Source of the DNA: a bacterium | GTDB lineage: Bacteria; JADJOY01 | Direction: 5' to 3' | DNA length: 64,000 nt | NCBI GenBank assembly: GCA_046331705.1 | Contig: JAXLQJ010000002.1 | Coordinates: forward strand, 78,370 to 142,369 | Part shown: piece by piece, positions 48,970-59,798 of the stretch | Layout of the letters: the number at the start of each line of letters is the position of its first letter | How positions within the stretch are numbered: the stretch's first letter is position 1 | Made by a program: the position numbers and the translations under genes | The notes under the pieces: generated by a model | Database searches by the model: none | What the model was told of the DNA's origin: nothing | The model's input: the letters and a program-made list of their open reading frames with translations, nothing else

Positions 48970-50756
48970 GACGACAGCACCTCCGGCGTCGCCGACGAAC
49001 GAAGCCACGGCGCGAGCGCCCTGGCGGCGTGCTGGATTCGCTCGAGATCGGCGCTCGCGAGCGCGCTGCGAGCGCGCTCCATCGCCACGCCGAGATCACG
49101 CTCCGACGCCGCGTTTCCGCGCAGCCGTCCCTCGCCCAGGATGCGCGCGGTGGTGAGCAGCTGCCCGTCCAGCATCCAACGGGCGCGCAACAACCCCTCG
49201 TGGCCGCGTTGCGATTCGAGCAATCGATCCAGCTCGTGCGTGATGTCCGCCAGCGCGGGAACGGCGCCCTCCAGCCGCTCCAGCGCAGCGGTCTCGAGCG
49301 AGCCCGGCGCGCGCACGCCCACCGCGAGCCGCCCGTCGGTACTGGCCTCGACGACCAGCTCGACCCGACGGAAGTCGTTCCGCGGGCCGGAATCGGACGC
49401 CATCCGGAACGAGGCCAGCGAGGCTCCGAGCTCCGCCCGGTCGACCTCGCCCTCGATGAGCTCGACCGGCTGCCGTCCGAGGGCCGAGACCGGATACGGC
49501 CCGCTCACCGTCGCCGGCAGCGGCGCGAAGCGATCGACGAACCGCAGCACCCCGCCGTCGGGATTGCGGACGCCGATGGCGTGAGGCGCGACCTGCAAGA
49601 GGAAGACGTCCGGGACGTCGCCCTCGCGGCGGGCTCCGTGAAGACACGCACCCACCGCACCCCACGGCGTGCGGTCCGGGTCGATCCGCACCTCGCGCGC
49701 CGCGCGAGCGCGCAGCGCTTGCGCGACGAACGTGATCGACGGCGCGCCGCCCACGACCTGCCAGCGCGACACCCGATCCGGCGCCGTGCCCTTGAGCACC
49801 GACGCCAGCTCCTCCTCGAACGCGCCGAGCAACGGCCGCGCGAGCTCGCGAAGCCGATCCCCGTCGACCTCGACGTCGAGGTGGCGCGGGCCGGCGGCGG
49901 TGAGCGCCAGGTACGGCACCGTCACCCGCGTCGGCACCTTGGGTTGCGACCGCAGACGCGCCAGCCCGTCCTCGCACGCGGCGCGCAGCCGTGCCACCGA
50001 TCGCGGCCGCATGCCGGCATCCAGGATCAGCTCGCCCTCGAAGGGCGCGGCGAGGAACCGCATCATGCGGACGAGAAGATCGTCGCCCAGCCCAGCCACC
50101 CTGCCGCCCATGCGCTCGAGCTCGATCGCCTCGTCGGAAAGATCGATCAGCGCCGCGCCGACGCTCGCGCTCTCGTGCTCCACCAAGCCCACGGTTCCCC
50201 GCGCTCCCGAGTCGTGGAGCGCGGTGGCGATCGCGGCGGCGGCCGGCAACGTGTGCACCTGCTCGAACCCCGCGGCGCGCGCCGCCAACGCGACGCGCTC
50301 GCGCGCCGTCGCGCCGTACCACGTCGGATAAGCGATCGACGCGACGCCGATCGAGCGTCCGATCCAATCGCTGGCTCCCTGACGAAGCCGCGCGAGCAAG
50401 CAGGCGACCAACGCCGTGACGCTCCACTCCGCGCCCCGGATGCCGAGCTGCGGCCCGGTCGCGTCGAGGCGCGGCTGCGGCAGCGAGAGCAACGCCGCGT
50501 CGTCGGACGGGACGGTGCGCGCGAGCCCCAGCGCATGCACGAGACGAGCCGCCGCCCCGTCCGGATCGGAGACCGACCGCGCGCGCGCATCGTGGCCGAC
50601 GCGAACCAAGCCGGCGGCGTCCACGTGGACGATCGCCGGCCCCTCCAACGCCGTGGCGGCCAGACGCTGCATGCGCTCGCCCTTGCCGCGCATGACCACG
50701 CCGGCGAGCTGGCGATCGGAGAGATCGATGCCGAGTATCGGCTCGTGCAACCCCAC
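48966..50756 (-). CDS. Hsp70-family (actin-like ATPase fold) protein, highly divergent
   Basis: [17 protein letters not shown]-terminus (compare DnaK GIDLGTT); [15 protein letters not shown]...[16 protein letters not shown] matches the Hsp70 adenosine motif, but phosphate-2 DLGGGTFD is not recognisable. Confidence 0.6.
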   Translation of the reverse strand: MGLHEPILGIDLSDRQLAGVVMRGKGERMQRLAATALEGPAIVHVDAAGLVRVGHDARARSVSDPDGAAARLVHALGLARTVPSDDAALLSLPQPRLDATGPQLGIRGAEWSVTALVACLLARLRQGASDWIGRSIGVASIAYPTWYGATARERVALAARAAGFEQVHTLPAAAAIATALHDSGARGTVGLVEHESASVGAALIDLSDEAIELERMGGRVAGLGDDLLVRMMRFLAAPFEGELILDAGMRPRSVARLRAACEDGLARLRSQPKVPTRVTVPYLALTAAGPRHLDVEVDGDRLRELARPLLGAFEEELASVLKGTAPDRVSRWQVVGGAPSITFVAQALRARAAREVRIDPDRTPWGAVGACLHGARREGDVPDVFLLQVAPHAIGVRNPDGGVLRFVDRFAPLPATVSGPYPVSALGRQPVELIEGEVDRAELGASLASFRMASDSGPRNDFRRVELVVEASTDGRLAVGVRAPGSLETAALERLEGAVPALADITHELDRLLESQRGHEGLLRARWMLDGQLLTTARILGEGRLRGNAASERDLGVAMERARSALASADLERIQHAARALAPWLRSSATPEVLSS

Positions 50757-50933
50757 CTCGATCCCTCCGGAAGACGGCGTCTTCCGATCCTACGATGGTC
50801 CCCGCCAGCGAGCCACCGCGACGCGTGGAACGCGACTCGGCCGCCCCGGCGCGTGCTTCAGCTCGGACGTCCCCGCAACGCGCGCGAGGCCACGACCGAC
50901 GAGCCCGGGCGGCGGCCTCGGCACCTGCCTCCG

Positions 50934-51884
50934 TCAGTCATCGTCCGAGGAATCCTCGCCATTTCGGGTCGAAACCTTGGGCGCCGGCCCACCGAGCGCG
51001 ACGCGATCGGGAGCCGGCTTGGGTGCCGCCTTGGCGACGGCCACCATCGCGGGCCTGAGCAAACGGTCCTTGTAACGATAGCCCTTCACGTACTCGCTGG
51101 CGACGTGTCCCGGTGGCACGTCACCGCTCTCGACCTGGGTCATCGCGTCGTGCAACTGGGGATCGAACACGGTGCCCACCGAAGAGAAGGGCTCCACCCC
51201 GAACTTCGCGAGCGTGTGCAGGATCTGGTTGTGGGTGATCTTGACGCCCTCGGCGATCGAGGCGACGTCGTTGGCTTGCGAGGCGGCGCCGAGCGCGCGC
51301 TCCAGGTTGTCGATCGCCGGCAGCATCTCCCGGAGCAGCTCCTCTTGCGCGTACTGAACCGCATCGGCCTTGTCCTTCGCCGAGCGGCGTCGATAGTTCT
51401 CGAAATCCGCTTGAAGCCTCAGCCGCGCCTCGTAGCTCTTCTCACCCTCGGCCTTGGCCTCGGCGAGCTGCTTCTCGACCTCGGCCAAGTGGCGCTCGAG
51501 CTGCTGAAGGAGCTTGGCCGGGACCTTCTTGCCCTTCTTCTTGCCGAGCTCGGCATCCTCCGACTGTCCCTTGTCCGGCGTGGGCTCCGAACCCGAGCCC
51601 GCTTCCTCGCCGATGCCGGCGTCGCCACGTCGCAGCTGCTCGAGGAACGCCTCCGCGAGCGCGGCCGCTTCGGCCACGGCCTTGGACTTGTGGGCACCAT
51701 CCTCGCCAGCGCCGCCGGCGGGCGCGGGCTCGGCGCCGGGCTCCTGCGTGATGCCCGGTGCGTCGTCGTTGTTGGACGGCGGGTTGCGACTGGCATCTCG
51801 TTCCGACAAGGACAGCCTCTCTTCCCTGGCAAGGGTTGCGAATGGTGCTCGTACGCGTCCTGGCGGCGGCCCGTCCGCTCGCAA
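50934..51884 (-). CDS. grpE: nucleotide exchange factor GrpE
   Basis: RLQADFENYRRRSAKDK signature; start uncertain (long Ala/Pro-rich N-terminus). Confidence 0.8.
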   Translation of the reverse strand: MRADGPPPGRVRAPFATLAREERLSLSERDASRNPPSNNDDAPGITQEPGAEPAPAGGAGEDGAHKSKAVAEAAALAEAFLEQLRRGDAGIGEEAGSGSEPTPDKGQSEDAELGKKKGKKVPAKLLQQLERHLAEVEKQLAEAKAEGEKSYEARLRLQADFENYRRRSAKDKADAVQYAQEELLREMLPAIDNLERALGAASQANDVASIAEGVKITHNQILHTLAKFGVEPFSSVGTVFDPQLHDAMTQVESGDVPPGHVASEYVKGYRYKDRLLRPAMVAVAKAAPKPAPDRVALGGPAPKVSTRNGEDSSDDD

Positions 51885-51908
51885 CGGACGGCGAACGGTG
51901 CACCGCGA

Positions 51909-52970
51909 CTAGCGCGGTTCCAGGAATCGGCTGATGAGCTGCGCCGTGTATTCGACCATGGGGATGATTCGCGAATAGTCCAGCCGCGTGGGGCCGAGGA
52001 TTCCGATCGAGCCAATCACTTGAGGCCCGCGTCGATACGGCGACGACACCACGACCAGATCGTCGACTCCGTCGATCCCGGCCTCCGAGCCGATCGAGAC
52101 GCACACACCGCCGGCGACGCGCGCGCGATCGAGGATGTTCACGATCCGCTCCCGATCCTCCAGCGCCTCGATCAGCGCCCGGACTCGCTCGGGCTCGCTG
52201 AACTCGCGGTGCGCGAGCAGGCTCGAGGTGCCTTCGACGAACACCTCGCCTTGACCCTCGTTCTCGAACACGCAGCGACTGACCGCGAGAATGCGGCGCG
52301 AGAGATCATCGATCAGCTCGCGGTCGCGGGCCAGCTCGTCCAGCAGACGGTCGCGCACCTGGTCGAGCGGTGCTCCCGTGAGGCGTTCGCAGAGCAGCTC
52401 CGTGAGCCGATTCAAGCGGGTCTGGGCGACGTCCTCGTCGAGGCGCACGATGCGATTCACGATCACGCCCGTCGACGACACGAAGATGACCAGGATCTCC
52501 GCGGGCCGCAGCCGCACGAAGTCGACGTGCTGGAACACCGCGTCGCCCAGCATCGGCGCCACCGCCATCCCCGGGCAACGCGAGAGCCGCGACAACGCCC
52601 GCGACGCGTCCCGCAAGCACGCCGCGAGCCCACCCTCCGAGCTCGCCGTCACCTGGTTGAGCGACTGGCGATCCGCGCGGCTCAGGGTGTAATCCGCCAT
52701 GCGCGTCTCGACGAACCAGCGAAACGCGTGCTCGGTGGGCACCCGGCCGGCCGACGTGTACGGATGCGACAGCAACCCGGCGTCCTCCAGGTCCATCATC
52801 TCGTTTCGGACCGTGGCCGGGCTCACGTCGAGCCCGTGCGCGCGAGTCAGGGTTCGCGAGCCCACCGGCTCACCCGAGGCGATGTAGGTCTCGATCACCA
52901 GCTCGAGGACCCGGCGGCTGCGCTGTGGCAGCTCGTCGATGGATCGCGGCGTGCGGCTGGTCGTGGTCAT
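51909..52970 (-). CDS. hrcA: heat-inducible transcription repressor HrcA
   Basis: N-terminal winged helix RSRRVLELVIETYIASGEPVGSRTL; overall HrcA-like length and organisation; directly upstream of grpE. Confidence 0.85.
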   Translation of the reverse strand: MTTTSRTPRSIDELPQRSRRVLELVIETYIASGEPVGSRTLTRAHGLDVSPATVRNEMMDLEDAGLLSHPYTSAGRVPTEHAFRWFVETRMADYTLSRADRQSLNQVTASSEGGLAACLRDASRALSRLSRCPGMAVAPMLGDAVFQHVDFVRLRPAEILVIFVSSTGVIVNRIVRLDEDVAQTRLNRLTELLCERLTGAPLDQVRDRLLDELARDRELIDDLSRRILAVSRCVFENEGQGEVFVEGTSSLLAHREFSEPERVRALIEALEDRERIVNILDRARVAGGVCVSIGSEAGIDGVDDLVVVSSPYRRGPQVIGSIGILGPTRLDYSRIIPMVEYTAQLISRFLEPR

Positions 52971-53277
52971 GACTGAGCGGTGCGGGAGCGAGAGCGCAAC
53001 TTTGAGACGCGGTTAGCGTCAAGCTATCAGTCGCCATTTCGGCATGTCAAGCAAGACTTCCGCCATCGCGTCCGGCAAAACTCGATTGATTTCGACACCT
53101 TATGGCTTGACGTCGGGGCGCGATCCGGGTCATGCCCGACGCACCACCGAGCCGATGTTGCACATGCGGCGCCAACTCCTCGCCGCCACGCCACGATCCC
53201 GCGGGGTCATGCGCCGAGATGAAACGCAGGTTTGGGAATTGCCAGTCGCGGTCCGGCGCGGGTATGGTCGGCGCAGC

Positions 53278-53583
53278 ATGGCTCGCCCAACCAAGCGGAT
53301 CTCGGAGCGTGAAAGCGCCGAGATCCAGCTCCTCGATACGCTCGAAGAAGTGGCACGCCAGGTCGGCGTGGAGGTGGTTCACGACCACATCCGCGCCGAG
53401 GGCTTCATGTCGCGTGGCGGCTCGTGTCGCTTGCGGGATCGCTGGATGATCCTGCTCGACCGCAAGATGCCCACGTCGGACAAGGTGGATCTGCTCGCCA
53501 CCGAGCTCCGCCAGTGGCCGATCGACGGGGTCTTCGTCCCCCCCGCGATCCGCCACTTGCTCGAGCCGCGCTCCGCTTCCTGA
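53278..53583 (+). CDS. hypothetical protein (101 aa)
   Basis: Tail of ORF 53044..53583 from ATG 53278 (MARPTKRISERESAEIQLLDTLEE); followed by a short GGGTGC/GCACCC hairpin. Confidence 0.35.
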   Translation: MARPTKRISERESAEIQLLDTLEEVARQVGVEVVHDHIRAEGFMSRGGSCRLRDRWMILLDRKMPTSDKVDLLATELRQWPIDGVFVPPAIRHLLEPRSAS

Positions 53584-53718
53584 CCGGGTGCTGGGACGTG
53601 CTGACCGGCACCCCGACGCACCACCGATCCCCACCAATCGTTTCATCCGTCGCGGCGTACGCGCCCCAGGGGCGCGTCCAGCCGACGCGACGCGATAGCC
53701 ATGCGAAGAGGAGCCACG

Positions 53719-55353
53719 ATGGGTGACCTCATCCTTGCGATCGACCAGGGAACCACCGGCACGCGAGTCATTGCGTACGACCGACGAGCACGCCAGGTCG
53801 CGCAATCGTACCGCGAGTTCACCCAGTACTATCCGCGCCCCGGCTGGGTCGAGCACGACGCCGACGAGATCTGGGAGAGCACGCTCACCACGCTTCGCGA
53901 GTGCCTCAAGCGCGCCGACGCGGATCTCTCGCGCGTGCACGCCATCGGCATCACCAATCAGCGCGAGACCGTGGTGCTCTGGGATCGCGCCACGTCGCGG
54001 CCCGTGCATCGCGCGATCGTGTGGCAATGCCGGCGCACCGCCGAGCTCTGCAACCAGCTGAAGGCCGAGGGACGCGAGCGCCTATTCCGTCGCAAGACGG
54101 GCCTCGTGCTCGATGCCTACTTCTCCGGAACGAAGCTGCGCTGGATGCTCGAACAAAACCCCGTTCTGGAAGCGCGCGCCAAGGCTGGCGAGCTGGCTGC
54201 CGGCACCATCGACTCGTGGCTGATCTGGAAGCTGACCGACGGCGAGAGCCACGTCACCGATCCGACCAACGCCTCGCGCACGCTCCTCTACGACATCCAC
54301 GAGCGCGACTGGAGCGATCCGCTCCTCGGCGTGCTGCGCGTGCCGCGCGCGGTGCTGCCCCAGGTGCGCCGGTCGAGCGGCGAGTTCGGGCGCGTCAGCG
54401 CCAAGCTCGGGCTGGGCGGCACGCCACCGATCAGCGGCGTCGCCGGCGATCAGCAAGCGGCGCTCTACGGTCAGGGTGCGTGGTCGCCAGGCATGGGCAA
54501 GAACACGTATGGAACCGGATGCTTCCTGCTCATGAACACGGGCACCGAGCTGGTGCACTCGAAGCGCGGCTTGCTGACCACGCTCGCGTGTGACGCCGAC
54601 GGGCGCCCCGCCTATGCCCTCGAGGGGTCGGTCTTCATCGCCGGCGCGGCGCTGCAATGGTTACGCGACGAGCTCGGCCTGATCTCGAGCGCGGCCGAGT
54701 CGGAGGAACTGGCACGCGCGGTGGACGACACCGCGGGCGTCTACATGGTTCCCGCATTCGTCGGGCTGGGGGCGCCGTACTGGGACATGGGCGCCCGCGG
54801 CGCGCTGGTGGGGCTCACGCGTGGCGCGAACCGCAAGCACGTGGTCCGCGCCACCCTCGAGTCACTCGCCTATCAGACCAAGGACGTGTGCGATGCGATG
54901 ATCGCCGACGCCGGGCTCGACCTGAGGGAGCTACGCGTCGACGGCGGCGCCTGCCGCAACGACTTCCTGATGCAGTTCCAGGCCGACGTGCTCGGTGTGG
55001 CCGTGGACCGCCCCACCGTGATCGAGACCACGGCGCTCGGCGCCGCGTTCCTGGCGGGGCTCGGAAGTGGATTCTGGAAATCGCCGAGCGAGGTAGCCGG
55101 AGTGCGCGAGACCCATCGTCGCTTCGAGCCGGCGATGGCGCGAGCGCGCGCCGCCGAGCTCTACGAGGGGTGGAAGCAGGCGGTGGCGCGGGTGCGCAGC
55201 GCCACGCCAGCGGCTGCGCCGGCGAAACCCGCGCGGCGCGCTGGGCCGGCGAGTGCGGCCAAGCGGGCGAGCGCGCCCAAGCCGCGCGTCACACGGGCCG
55301 CTTCCAAGGCAGCCAAGCCGGCGCGCACCGCCAAGCGAGGCCGCAAACGCTGA
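53719..55353 (+). CDS. glpK: glycerol kinase with Lys/Ala/Pro-rich C-terminal tail
   Basis: LILAIDQGTTGTR N-terminus; FGGY-kinase motifs throughout; GAAGAGGAG RBS; about 45 extra basic C-terminal residues. Confidence 0.85.
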   Translation: MGDLILAIDQGTTGTRVIAYDRRARQVAQSYREFTQYYPRPGWVEHDADEIWESTLTTLRECLKRADADLSRVHAIGITNQRETVVLWDRATSRPVHRAIVWQCRRTAELCNQLKAEGRERLFRRKTGLVLDAYFSGTKLRWMLEQNPVLEARAKAGELAAGTIDSWLIWKLTDGESHVTDPTNASRTLLYDIHERDWSDPLLGVLRVPRAVLPQVRRSSGEFGRVSAKLGLGGTPPISGVAGDQQAALYGQGAWSPGMGKNTYGTGCFLLMNTGTELVHSKRGLLTTLACDADGRPAYALEGSVFIAGAALQWLRDELGLISSAAESEELARAVDDTAGVYMVPAFVGLGAPYWDMGARGALVGLTRGANRKHVVRATLESLAYQTKDVCDAMIADAGLDLRELRVDGGACRNDFLMQFQADVLGVAVDRPTVIETTALGAAFLAGLGSGFWKSPSEVAGVRETHRRFEPAMARARAAELYEGWKQAVARVRSATPAAAPAKPARRAGPASAAKRASAPKPRVTRAASKAAKPARTAKRGRKR

Positions 55354-55407
55354 ACCGAACGAGCGACGTGGCTTCGGCGCGCGGCCGCCACGGCGCCGCG
55401 GCTGGAC

Positions 55408-57930
55408 TCAGAAGATCCCCTTGATCCAGTCCCAGGCGCTGTCGTCGCGCTCCTTGGGGCTCGTGGACCGGCTGCCGTTTGGCGGGGCCGCATCACGCGA
55501 TCCGCGACCCGCACCCGCGGCGCTCTCGTCGTCGCCGCGAACCTTGTCGAGCAGCGTCGGATGCAGCGGACACGTACGGCTCGGCTGGGTGCCTTCGAGA
55601 AAGGGCAGGCGCTCCGTCCGCGGGCACGCTGCGGTCGCCAGCAAGCCCGTCTCCGGATCGATCTCCGCGAAGGAGATCCCGCGCGGCGCCTCCAACTCGT
55701 CCGCCGGCCACCACGACGTGTGCGTGACGTAATCGACCCAGATGGGTAGCGCCGCCTTCGCCCCGACCATCCCGACCGGCTGGTTGTTGTCGCGGCCCAC
55801 CCAGACGACGACCACGCGGCCCGGCAGGTAGCCCGCGAACCAGGCGTCGCGGAAGTCGTCGGTGGTGCCCGTCTTGCCGGCAGCGGGACGATCGAGCCCG
55901 AGCGTCCGCGCCGACGCTCCCGTCCCCGTCTGCAGCACCTCCTCGAGCGTCCAGGTGACGAGATACGCGATCTCGGGATCCATCACGCGCGTCGCCCGCG
56001 GCCGCGTGCGGGTCAGCACGCGGCCATTGGCGTCCACCACCGAGCGCACGGTGGTGGGAGAGGTGCGCAGGCCACCGGAGGCCAGCACGCCGTACGCGCG
56101 CGCGACGTCGAGCGGAGTCACCTCCGCCGCACCCAGCGCCAGCGACGGCACGTTGGGCAGCTTGCCGCCGAAGCCGACCGCTTCGAGCTGCTTGCGCAAG
56201 GCGGCCGTCCCGACCTGCTGCCAGATCCGGACCGCCGGCGTGTTGAGCGAGAGCGCCAGCGCCTCGTGAAGCGGCACGACGCCGCGATACTCGCCGTCGT
56301 AGTTGGTGGGGCGCCACGTCTGCCGATCGTAGCGGATCGTGATCTCGCGGTCCTCGACCTCGCTGGCGAGCGTGGGATGGAAGTCGCGCTGTCCCGCGAG
56401 CGCACACGCGTAGAGAAACGGCTTGAAGAGCGAGCCGGGCTGGCGGCGACTCTTGACCGCGCGGTTGTACGGCGCGCTCCGGTAATCGCGACCGCCGACC
56501 AGCGAGCGGATGGAGCCCGTGTCGGGGTCGAGCTCGATCAACGCCGCCTGCAGTCGCGCGGGGTCGCCCTCGGGATGGTGCTCGTCGCGACGCTTCTCGA
56601 GCGCCGCCAACCCCTCGGCTACCGCGCGCTCCGCCTCGTGCTGGAGGATCGGATCGAGCGTGCTCATCACGCGCAAGCCGCCCGCGTTGAGCGTGTTGGT
56701 GCTGTAGGTGGATTCGAGCTCGTCGCGCAGCAGATCGACGAAATAGGGGGCGCCCTCGGGGGGACCGGGAGCGTAGGACTGGCTGAGCGGCTCGCGCGCG
56801 GCGCGCTCCGCTTCCTCGGGGCTCAGCCGATGGGTCTTCACCATGCGGTCGAGCACCACCGCGCGGCGCTCGCGCGCCGCGTCCGGGTGCCGGAAAGGAT
56901 CGTAGCGGCCCGGCGACCGGATGAGCCCGCCCAACATCGCGCACTCGCCGAGGCTCAGGTCCTCGACGGGCTTGCCGAAGTAGTAGCGCGCGGCCTCGCC
57001 CACCCCGTAGACGCCCATGGCGCCGCGCTGCCCGAGGTAGATGGCGTTCAGGTACACGCCCAGGATCTCGTCCTTGTCGTAGAGCGCGTCCAGCACCAGC
57101 GCCATCGCCGCCTCGCGGACCTTGCGCGACAGCGTGCGTTCGGGAGTCAGGAACAGGTTCTTCACCAGCTGCTGCGTGATCGTGCTGCCGCCCTCTTGCA
57201 CCGAACCGGAGCGCAGGTTGGCGACCAGCGCGCGCGCGATCCCGATCGGGTCGACGCCCGCGTGATCGAGGAAGCGAGTGTCCTCGGTGGCGACGATCGC
57301 GTTGACGAGCGCGCGCGGGACCTTGCCGACCTCCACCAGCTCGCGCTCCTCCCAAACCCGTTCGAACAAGCCGCTCACGACCTCCGGTTCGAGCACGTAG
57401 GGCGGCGTGGCCTTGCGATCGGGAGCGACGACCTGCGTCACGCGTCCGTCGTCGAGCGTGAGCACGACGCGGTACGCGGGCAGCTTGCGATCGCCGTACG
57501 CGAGCGCACGCACCCCGATCTCGACCCGATCCGGCTGGACGTGGAACTGGCCCGAGCGAACGGGCGTGGTATCGACGCGCCGATACCCGGCGTTCACCAG
57601 CCGGTCGAGGATCTTGAAGCGCGTCACCTCGAGGCCGCGCGCGAGGACTGGCGGCTCGGCGTAGACGCGCGACGGCAGACGGAAGCGCTGTCCCTCGAAT
57701 CGCGCGATGATGTCCTGCGAGATCGAGAATCCCCACACGAGCGCGAGCGCCGTCCCGTAGAGGACCACGTACGGCAGCACGCGCCGGATCAGACCGCGAC
57801 GCTTGGAGCGCCGCCAGAGATCCGTCTGCTCCGTCGCCGGGCGCCGGCCGCGTCCGCGCCCTGCTTCCCGCGTCGTCTTCGCTCTACGCGATCGGGCCGC
57901 CACCAGCTCGCCTGGAACCGCCGCGCGCAC
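55408..57930 (-). CDS. penicillin-binding protein 1A family (bifunctional glycosyltransferase/transpeptidase)
   Basis: GT51 motifs EDTRFLDHAGVD and GGSTITQQLVKN; transpeptidase SLFKPF and KTGTT motifs. Confidence 0.85.
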   Translation of the reverse strand: MRAAVPGELVAARSRRAKTTREAGRGRGRRPATEQTDLWRRSKRRGLIRRVLPYVVLYGTALALVWGFSISQDIIARFEGQRFRLPSRVYAEPPVLARGLEVTRFKILDRLVNAGYRRVDTTPVRSGQFHVQPDRVEIGVRALAYGDRKLPAYRVVLTLDDGRVTQVVAPDRKATPPYVLEPEVVSGLFERVWEERELVEVGKVPRALVNAIVATEDTRFLDHAGVDPIGIARALVANLRSGSVQEGGSTITQQLVKNLFLTPERTLSRKVREAAMALVLDALYDKDEILGVYLNAIYLGQRGAMGVYGVGEAARYYFGKPVEDLSLGECAMLGGLIRSPGRYDPFRHPDAARERRAVVLDRMVKTHRLSPEEAERAAREPLSQSYAPGPPEGAPYFVDLLRDELESTYSTNTLNAGGLRVMSTLDPILQHEAERAVAEGLAALEKRRDEHHPEGDPARLQAALIELDPDTGSIRSLVGGRDYRSAPYNRAVKSRRQPGSLFKPFLYACALAGQRDFHPTLASEVEDREITIRYDRQTWRPTNYDGEYRGVVPLHEALALSLNTPAVRIWQQVGTAALRKQLEAVGFGGKLPNVPSLALGAAEVTPLDVARAYGVLASGGLRTSPTTVRSVVDANGRVLTRTRPRATRVMDPEIAYLVTWTLEEVLQTGTGASARTLGLDRPAAGKTGTTDDFRDAWFAGYLPGRVVVVWVGRDNNQPVGMVGAKAALPIWVDYVTHTSWWPADELEAPRGISFAEIDPETGLLATAACPRTERLPFLEGTQPSRTCPLHPTLLDKVRGDDESAAGAGRGSRDAAPPNGSRSTSPKERDDSAWDWIKGIF

Positions 57931-57948
57931 CCGCGGACGGGTGTGCGC

Positions 57949-58893
57949 TCAGCGCGAGCCGCGGGGGCTGGCCGAGCCGCCCAGCTCCTTGAGCTTCTCG
58001 CGCGCCATGCGGGCCTCTTCCGTCGACGGATAGGAATCGACGAGCTTGAGCAGCACCACCCGCGCATCACCGGTGTAGTTGAGGCTCGCGAAGCAAAGAC
58101 CCTGCTTGAGCAGCGCCGCCGGAACCTTGTCGCTCCGGGGATAGTTCTTGATGAGCTTGTCGTAGGCGGGCAAGGCCCACTCGAACTGACGCTCGTTGTA
58201 GAACGTCTCGCCGACGTAGAACTGCGCGTCATCCGCCAGATCTTCGTCCGGGCGGCCGGCCAAGTAGGCGAGAAACGCGTTCCGCGCATCCTTGTAGCGA
58301 CCCGCTTGGAGCGCGCTGTAGCCGGTCTGGAACTGCTGGGATGGCGGAAGCGCCGCTGGCGACACCGGCGCCGCGGGTGCGGTCGCGGCTGGCGCAGGGA
58401 CCGCGGGCGCCACGGGTGTGGGCGCCGTCGCGGTGGGGGACGGCGGCATCGGGGTCACCCCGACCGGCGCCAACGTGCCCGCATCGGGTGGCTTCACACC
58501 GAGGCGCGTCTCGAGCTCGATGACGCGGTTACGCACCTCGAGAAGCTGCGCCATGACCTGCTCGTTGAACGCGTCGCTGAGCTGGTCGTCGAGGCGCCCC
58601 TTCGGCGTCCGACGCTCGTCCACTTGGCCGCGCAACGCGCGCAGGTCCGAGTTGAGGCGCTCGGAGTCCGCGGAGAGATCGGCGTTGCGAGTGCGGATCT
58701 CCTGGAGCTCCTTCGACTGGGCCGCGCGCTCGGCCTCCAGCCGATCGACGCGCATCAGCAGCGAGGTGTACTCGGCCTTGCTCACGCAGCCCGCGAGCGC
58801 TCCGACCAGCAGGAACGTCCCACACACGCGGGGCGCGCGCGCCCCACGGGCAATCGCGCGAATCGACGTGTCGAACCGTATGCGCTCGTTCAT
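57949..58893 (-). CDS. cpoB: Tol-Pal system protein YbgF/CpoB
   Basis: Lipoprotein-like N-terminus; coiled coil; C-terminal TPR region (FYVGETFYNERQFEWALPAYDKLIKNYP); position immediately downstream of pal. Confidence 0.7.
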   Translation of the reverse strand: MNERIRFDTSIRAIARGARAPRVCGTFLLVGALAGCVSKAEYTSLLMRVDRLEAERAAQSKELQEIRTRNADLSADSERLNSDLRALRGQVDERRTPKGRLDDQLSDAFNEQVMAQLLEVRNRVIELETRLGVKPPDAGTLAPVGVTPMPPSPTATAPTPVAPAVPAPAATAPAAPVSPAALPPSQQFQTGYSALQAGRYKDARNAFLAYLAGRPDEDLADDAQFYVGETFYNERQFEWALPAYDKLIKNYPRSDKVPAALLKQGLCFASLNYTGDARVVLLKLVDSYPSTEEARMAREKLKELGGSASPRGSR

Positions 58894-58970
58894 GACGCGG
58901 CGAGGATAGATGCTGTGGATGGTCCTGTCAGCCCACGGCCATCACCGAGGACGCCGTGAGCTGCGCGCGC

Positions 58971-59519
58971 TCACTGACCCAGCACGCGGAACTGCGCCCG
59001 TCGATTCTTCGAGAACGCCGCCTCGTCGTGCCCCACCACCGCCGGCAGCTCTTCGCCGTAGCTGATCGTCTCGATCCGCGACGCGGAGATGCCGAGCTGC
59101 ACCAGGTAGTTCTTCACCGCGCCCGCGCGCTTCTGGCCGAGCGCCATGTTGTACTCGTTGGTGCCGCGCTCGTCGGTGTGGCCCTCGATCTCCACGCGCA
59201 GCGACGGCGTGCTGCGCAACGTCTGGTAGTCCTCCTGCAACGTGGCGCGCGCATCCGCGGAAAGAGTCGACGAGTCGTAGTCGAAATAGATCCGCGCGAG
59301 CCCCGGCGGATCGATCGTGCCGCGACCGGCGCCCTCGGTGTCGAACGGTGTCGAGGAGACCATCGGCGACGCCTTGTACGGCGTGGTGGGCGTGGTCGAC
59401 GAGATGGGCGGCGACATGTCGGGGGGCTGAGCCGGCTGCTCCTTGGAGCACCCACCCGCCACCGCCAGCACCAGCGAACCAACGCAGCACAGACGCTTCA
59501 CTTCGTCCCGCAAGCTCAT
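58971..59519 (-). CDS. pal: peptidoglycan-associated lipoprotein Pal
   Basis: Lipobox LAVAGGCS; OmpA-like C-terminal domain (IEGHTDERGTNEYNMALGQKRA...NRRAQFRVL); start set at ATG 59519. Confidence 0.85.
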   Translation of the reverse strand: MSLRDEVKRLCCVGSLVLAVAGGCSKEQPAQPPDMSPPISSTTPTTPYKASPMVSSTPFDTEGAGRGTIDPPGLARIYFDYDSSTLSADARATLQEDYQTLRSTPSLRVEIEGHTDERGTNEYNMALGQKRAGAVKNYLVQLGISASRIETISYGEELPAVVGHDEAAFSKNRRAQFRVLGQ

Positions 59520-59798
59520 TCCGACATCTCCTCGACGACCGTCGTGGGCCGTCACCAGCGCCGCGCGATGCTTTCCACCTCGGAAGCCAGCGCGGTCACC
59601 CTTTTCATCGTGCGGATCTTCGTTGCCACCGAGAGCCGAGCCGCTTGCCGCCGTCCGTGCGCGGTGCTCGTCGAGCTCGATGCATGGGTTACCGGAGAAG
59701 CCGCGACCACGTCAATGCAACCAAGCGCCTCCTGACCATTCCTTGACCGAAAAACCAACACGCGTGCAGTGAGCCTCGCGTCGCGAGCACCGAGCGCC

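Noticed and set aside
49029-52976. 1315-aa plus-strand ORF spanning the chaperone operon
   Set aside because: Antisense shadow of hrcA, grpE and the Hsp70-like gene; translation is Arg/Gly/Ala-rich with no recognisable domain.
52971-53277. CIRCE element upstream of hrcA
   Set aside because: No GCACTC/GAGTGC inverted repeat in this region; only a weak TTGACA-like hexamer.
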